Source: Reclinomonas americana ATCC 50394
Taxonomy: Eukaryota
Reading direction: 5' to 3'
Assembly: GCA_048213135.1 (NCBI GenBank)
Contig: PS015010.1
Span: forward strand, 682,001 to 746,000
DNA: 64,000 nucleotides
Part shown: piece by piece, positions 61,261 to 64,000 of the stretch
Layout of the letters: each line of letters opens with the position of its first letter
Position numbering within the stretch: position 1 is the stretch's first letter
Notes under the pieces: generated by a model
Told to the model about the DNA's origin: nothing
The model's input: only the letters and a program-made list of their open reading frames with translations
Database searches by the model: none
Program-made: the position numbers and the translations under genes

Positions 61261-61728
61261 TTTTTTGAAACCGCAAAGAACATAAGAACGCAGAGATTGC
61301 GCAAAGTTCTTTTAACGCTATTTTCACTTAGCGAAACTTAACATTTCTCCGCGGCTTTGCGGTAAAATAAAATTGATGTTCAAAGCGAACCGGGAAAAGG
61401 AAGTGTATTCTCTTTCACTTTGCCGAAAGCATGATTTTTTGAAACCGCAAAGAACATAAGAACGCAGAGGTAGTGCAAAGTTCTTACCCCAGTATGCCCT
61501 CTCTTAGCGAAACTTAACATTTCTCCGCGGCTTTGCGGTAAAATAAATTGCTGTTCAAAGCGAACCGGGAAAAGGAAGTGTATTCTCTTTCACTTTACCA
61601 AAAGCATGATTTTTTGAAACCGCAAAGAACATAAGAACGCACAGAGGTAGTGCAAAGTTCTTACCCCAATATGCCCTCTCTTAGCGAAACTCAGCGTTTC
61701 TCCGCGGCTTTGCGGTAAAATAAAATTG
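61204..61728 (+). repeat. Three-copy tandem array (period 174/175 bp): kinase 3' end plus ACCGCAAAG..CTTTGCGGT palindrome
   Basis: Units start at 61204, 61378 and 61553; each has 57 nt reading V(K/Q)SEPGKGSVFSFTLPKA* followed by an inverted repeat. Confidence 0.95.
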
Positions 61729-61750
61729 TCGGAATAGTAAATCGTCAATC

Positions 61751-62488
61751 CTAATTATACACCCACAATAACACCGGCTTCTTACTGGTACGCAGGTACT
61801 TATCGGTAAGTATGCTCAGGAATGTAGGAGATACGATAGGACAGCCGGCGCTTTCATATATATGACGAGGAAAAGTTTCCCGCTCGGGAACATAAGCGTC
61901 GGAGTGCAGAACAATCGCCCTGGCAAAGGCATTGCTGTTGGTACTGTCGAGGCCAAATAATTTATAGGAAAGTCCGTAAGTGCCGAAATAAGAGTTACCG
62001 ATCTTGTATTTACCTATTGAGGTACAGTTACTGTTGGCCACGTTGGAAAAGATCAACTGATCATTACAGTTGGGCTTGTAAGAACCGCTGCCATGAGATA
62101 CCATCGAAGTGAATTCAATGGAATCCTTCTTCAGGTTGTAAACGAAAAAGCGTCTTTTACCCGATGGAATAGACATGTCCACCATAAAGCAATATTCTTC
62201 GTTGAAATTATTGGCGATCACGAATTGTTCCGCTTCATTTACTTTTTGTTTCAGACGAAGGGCCGCGGCTTTCAGGCGGGTGTTGATCTGCATGAAAGAT
62301 GTATCCCTTTCCACGATGCTGTCCTTGATGAGGCATACATTCGCAGGTTCTCTTGATGACACGGTATTGCCAGCGCTTTCTTTAGCGAGATAATCATTCG
62401 GCTGTTGTTGCTGAAAAGGTGCACTGGTGGCAGTAAGGCATGCACCTGTAACGATGAGGGAGAAAATTCCTGCAAGAACCAACTTCAT
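61751..62488 (-). CDS. Murein L,D-transpeptidase catalytic-domain protein (YkuD_2-like)
   Basis: DMSIPSGKRRF, VSHGSG, FSN...S..TSIG, R.IVLH....SAGCP. Confidence 0.85.
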   Translation of the reverse strand: MKLVLAGIFSLIVTGACLTATSAPFQQQQPNDYLAKESAGNTVSSREPANVCLIKDSIVERDTSFMQINTRLKAAALRLKQKVNEAEQFVIANNFNEEYCFMVDMSIPSGKRRFFVYNLKKDSIEFTSMVSHGSGSYKPNCNDQLIFSNVANSNCTSIGKYKIGNSYFGTYGLSYKLFGLDSTNSNAFARAIVLHSDAYVPERETFPRHIYESAGCPIVSPTFLSILTDKYLRTSKKPVLLWVYN

Positions 62489-62642
62489 AGTTTGACCCGG
62501 TTTTTAAGGTTAACGCAGTCAGCATTAAAAAATTGGATTCAGTCAGTTGGCAGCCGCTGGGGCGGAGTTCCTGATGACACTATAAAGATAGAGATTTTGC
62601 AGAAATGCAAGGGGCAGCTATCCACATTTAGGAAAGATTAAC

Positions 62643-62692
62643 AAAAAAAGCAGCCTGCCCCGGCGGATGGAGAACCACCAAAGGGCAGGCTG
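62643..62692 (-). terminator. Intrinsic terminator
   Basis: CAGCCTGCCC/GGGCAGGCTG stem with U7 on the minus strand. Confidence 0.75.
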
Positions 62693-62712
62693 AGTAATAT
62701 TTGGGGCTGGAC

Positions 62713-64000
62713 TTACCGGGATACGTAATCGCCTTCTTTCTTCACCGGCGGACCGTATAATTTGGCCACCAGCAGGGCGATATTTTTATAAGGAGGAACA
62801 TATTCCTGGAAATAGTCGTAGGCTAACTTATTGTTTTTTAATTGTTTATCCAGCTCCTGCCACATCGTGCTCCAGTCCAGGTCCTTCTGGTTGAGCAGCC
62901 TGTCGTTGATGATACGCAGGATGGGGTCATTTACCGCCGCAGAGCCAATCTGCTTGGTGGAAATGGCTTGTGCGGTACTGCTTCTTTCCAGCACATCGAA
63001 AATCTCTTTATAGCCGCCGCAGGACCCCAGGAAGATAAGCCGGGTATCGGGTGTCACCCATTTGATGCTGGACGGCAGGTGATAACTGTGCCCGCGGTGG
63101 ATCAGGATATGAGGTTTTATGCCCTGCTGGCCCAGGTATGCCATCATGGCCTGCTGCGCCTTATCATCCAGGCCGGCATCGTTGCTCAGGGGCAGGTTGG
63201 CGTAAATGGTAATGGGGAACAGTTTTTTCGATTTGATGGTTACCCAGTTCTCATTCTTTTCTATTGTCCACTGCGAAGCGTCGCTGAAGGCCGACATATA
63301 ACTGCTATACGCCGCTTTACCATCATCATCGCCATAAAAAAGTACCACTTCGGTTATGCTGCTGCCATCGCTGTTGCGGAGTTGTTTATGCGGAACGGTA
63401 TAGTATACCTGCAAAGCGGGGGGCAGCCCGGCGGCATTGTTGGCCTGGTTGCTCTTCACCGCCTGGAAAACCTGGGTAAGCAGGCTGTACACTTTTTGTC
63501 CTTCGCGGCTGGGGATGGCTTTGCACCGGTCATAATTACTTTTCAGTTCGGCCGACACCTGCATGGCCAGTGTATTGTCTTTGATCAAGCCCGGAAAGGT
63601 TTCCGCCACATTAATGGTTTCTTCCAGTCCCGCATCCTGTCTTTCCAAACCGGTCATAAAACGTTTGATGATGGCGGTGCCTGTTTCGGGCGACATCTGT
63701 TTCATGAAAGGAGATAAGGTATTGTATCGTGCCGCCAGGGAAATGAACTTGCGGTAACGGTCGTAACTCACCAGGCGGAAGAGGGAGTCGGAAGGTATCT
63801 TTTCAAAATTGCCCATCAGCTTTTTATAAGTGTAGAGATAGCTGCTGGTGTACAGTTCTGTTTCACCACCGATGATGATATAATACAGGTCCTGCGGGCG
63901 CATATCTTCCAGTACAAAGTACCTGGCTTTTTCGCTGCCCTCATTGTGCAGGCTGTTGATCACATCGGTAAAGAATTGTATAGCGTATTTATTCACGTAA
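62713..64000 (-). CDS. Hypothetical protein (5'-partial) with a caspase/gingipain-like His-Cys motif pair
   Basis: Frame is open to the window edge; LIHRGHSY and LIFLGSCGG. Confidence 0.65.
   Translation of the reverse strand, partial: YVNKYAIQFFTDVINSLHNEGSEKARYFVLEDMRPQDLYYIIIGGETELYTSSYLYTYKKLMGNFEKIPSDSLFRLVSYDRYRKFISLAARYNTLSPFMKQMSPETGTAIIKRFMTGLERQDAGLEETINVAETFPGLIKDNTLAMQVSAELKSNYDRCKAIPSREGQKVYSLLTQVFQAVKSNQANNAAGLPPALQVYYTVPHKQLRNSDGSSITEVVLFYGDDDGKAAYSSYMSAFSDASQWTIEKNENWVTIKSKKLFPITIYANLPLSNDAGLDDKAQQAMMAYLGQQGIKPHILIHRGHSYHLPSSIKWVTPDTRLIFLGSCGGYKEIFDVLERSSTAQAISTKQIGSAAVNDPILRIINDRLLNQKDLDWSTMWQELDKQLKNNKLAYDYFQEYVPPYKNIALLVAKLYGPPVKKEGDYVSR

Noticed and set aside
61204-61728. 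CRISPR array or DGR template/variable repeats
   Set aside because: The units are ~174 bp with no unique spacers of CRISPR size, no cas or reverse transcriptase gene is present, and the differences are not adenine-specific.

Overview
This is a chromosomal segment of an aerobic Bacteroidota bacterium, most likely Chitinophagaceae. The assignment is inferred from a T9SS C-terminal-domain protein, a GldN-like protein, recurring TAnnTTTG promoters and the panC/panD/GT5-like/DUF4270 synteny. Positions 1-14.6 kb are a surface-polysaccharide region: an rfbH/ddhC gene split by a frameshift in an A7 run, an NAD-dependent epimerase, an FkbM methyltransferase, a two-gene transketolase, glycosyl- and acyltransferases, a decayed gmd pseudogene, an Rmd-like reductase and a YfhO protein. 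The rest is mostly housekeeping or envelope genes: tRNA-His, prc, an S8 protease, ALDH, panB/C/D, ppk1/ppx, metK, rlmB, miaE, trhO, a LytS/LytTR pair with an outer-membrane barrel, a penicillin acylase and an L,D-transpeptidase. I saw no CRISPR array, prophage, IS transposase or known defence system. Three non-coding signals are the most unusual. (1) A 3x ~174-bp tandem array repeats the last 19 codons of a histidine kinase plus a palindrome; the non-coding copies differ almost only at synonymous sites. (2) At least five families of short-period palindromic intergenic elements occur, some nested and some contributing gene ends or promoter-like motifs. (3) A partly structured leader motif (TCAGGA..AGCRGCTGCCAAC..ACTG(G)AATCYAA) is shared by the two genes that converge on the array. 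All family calls come from motif recognition by eye; no searches were run.
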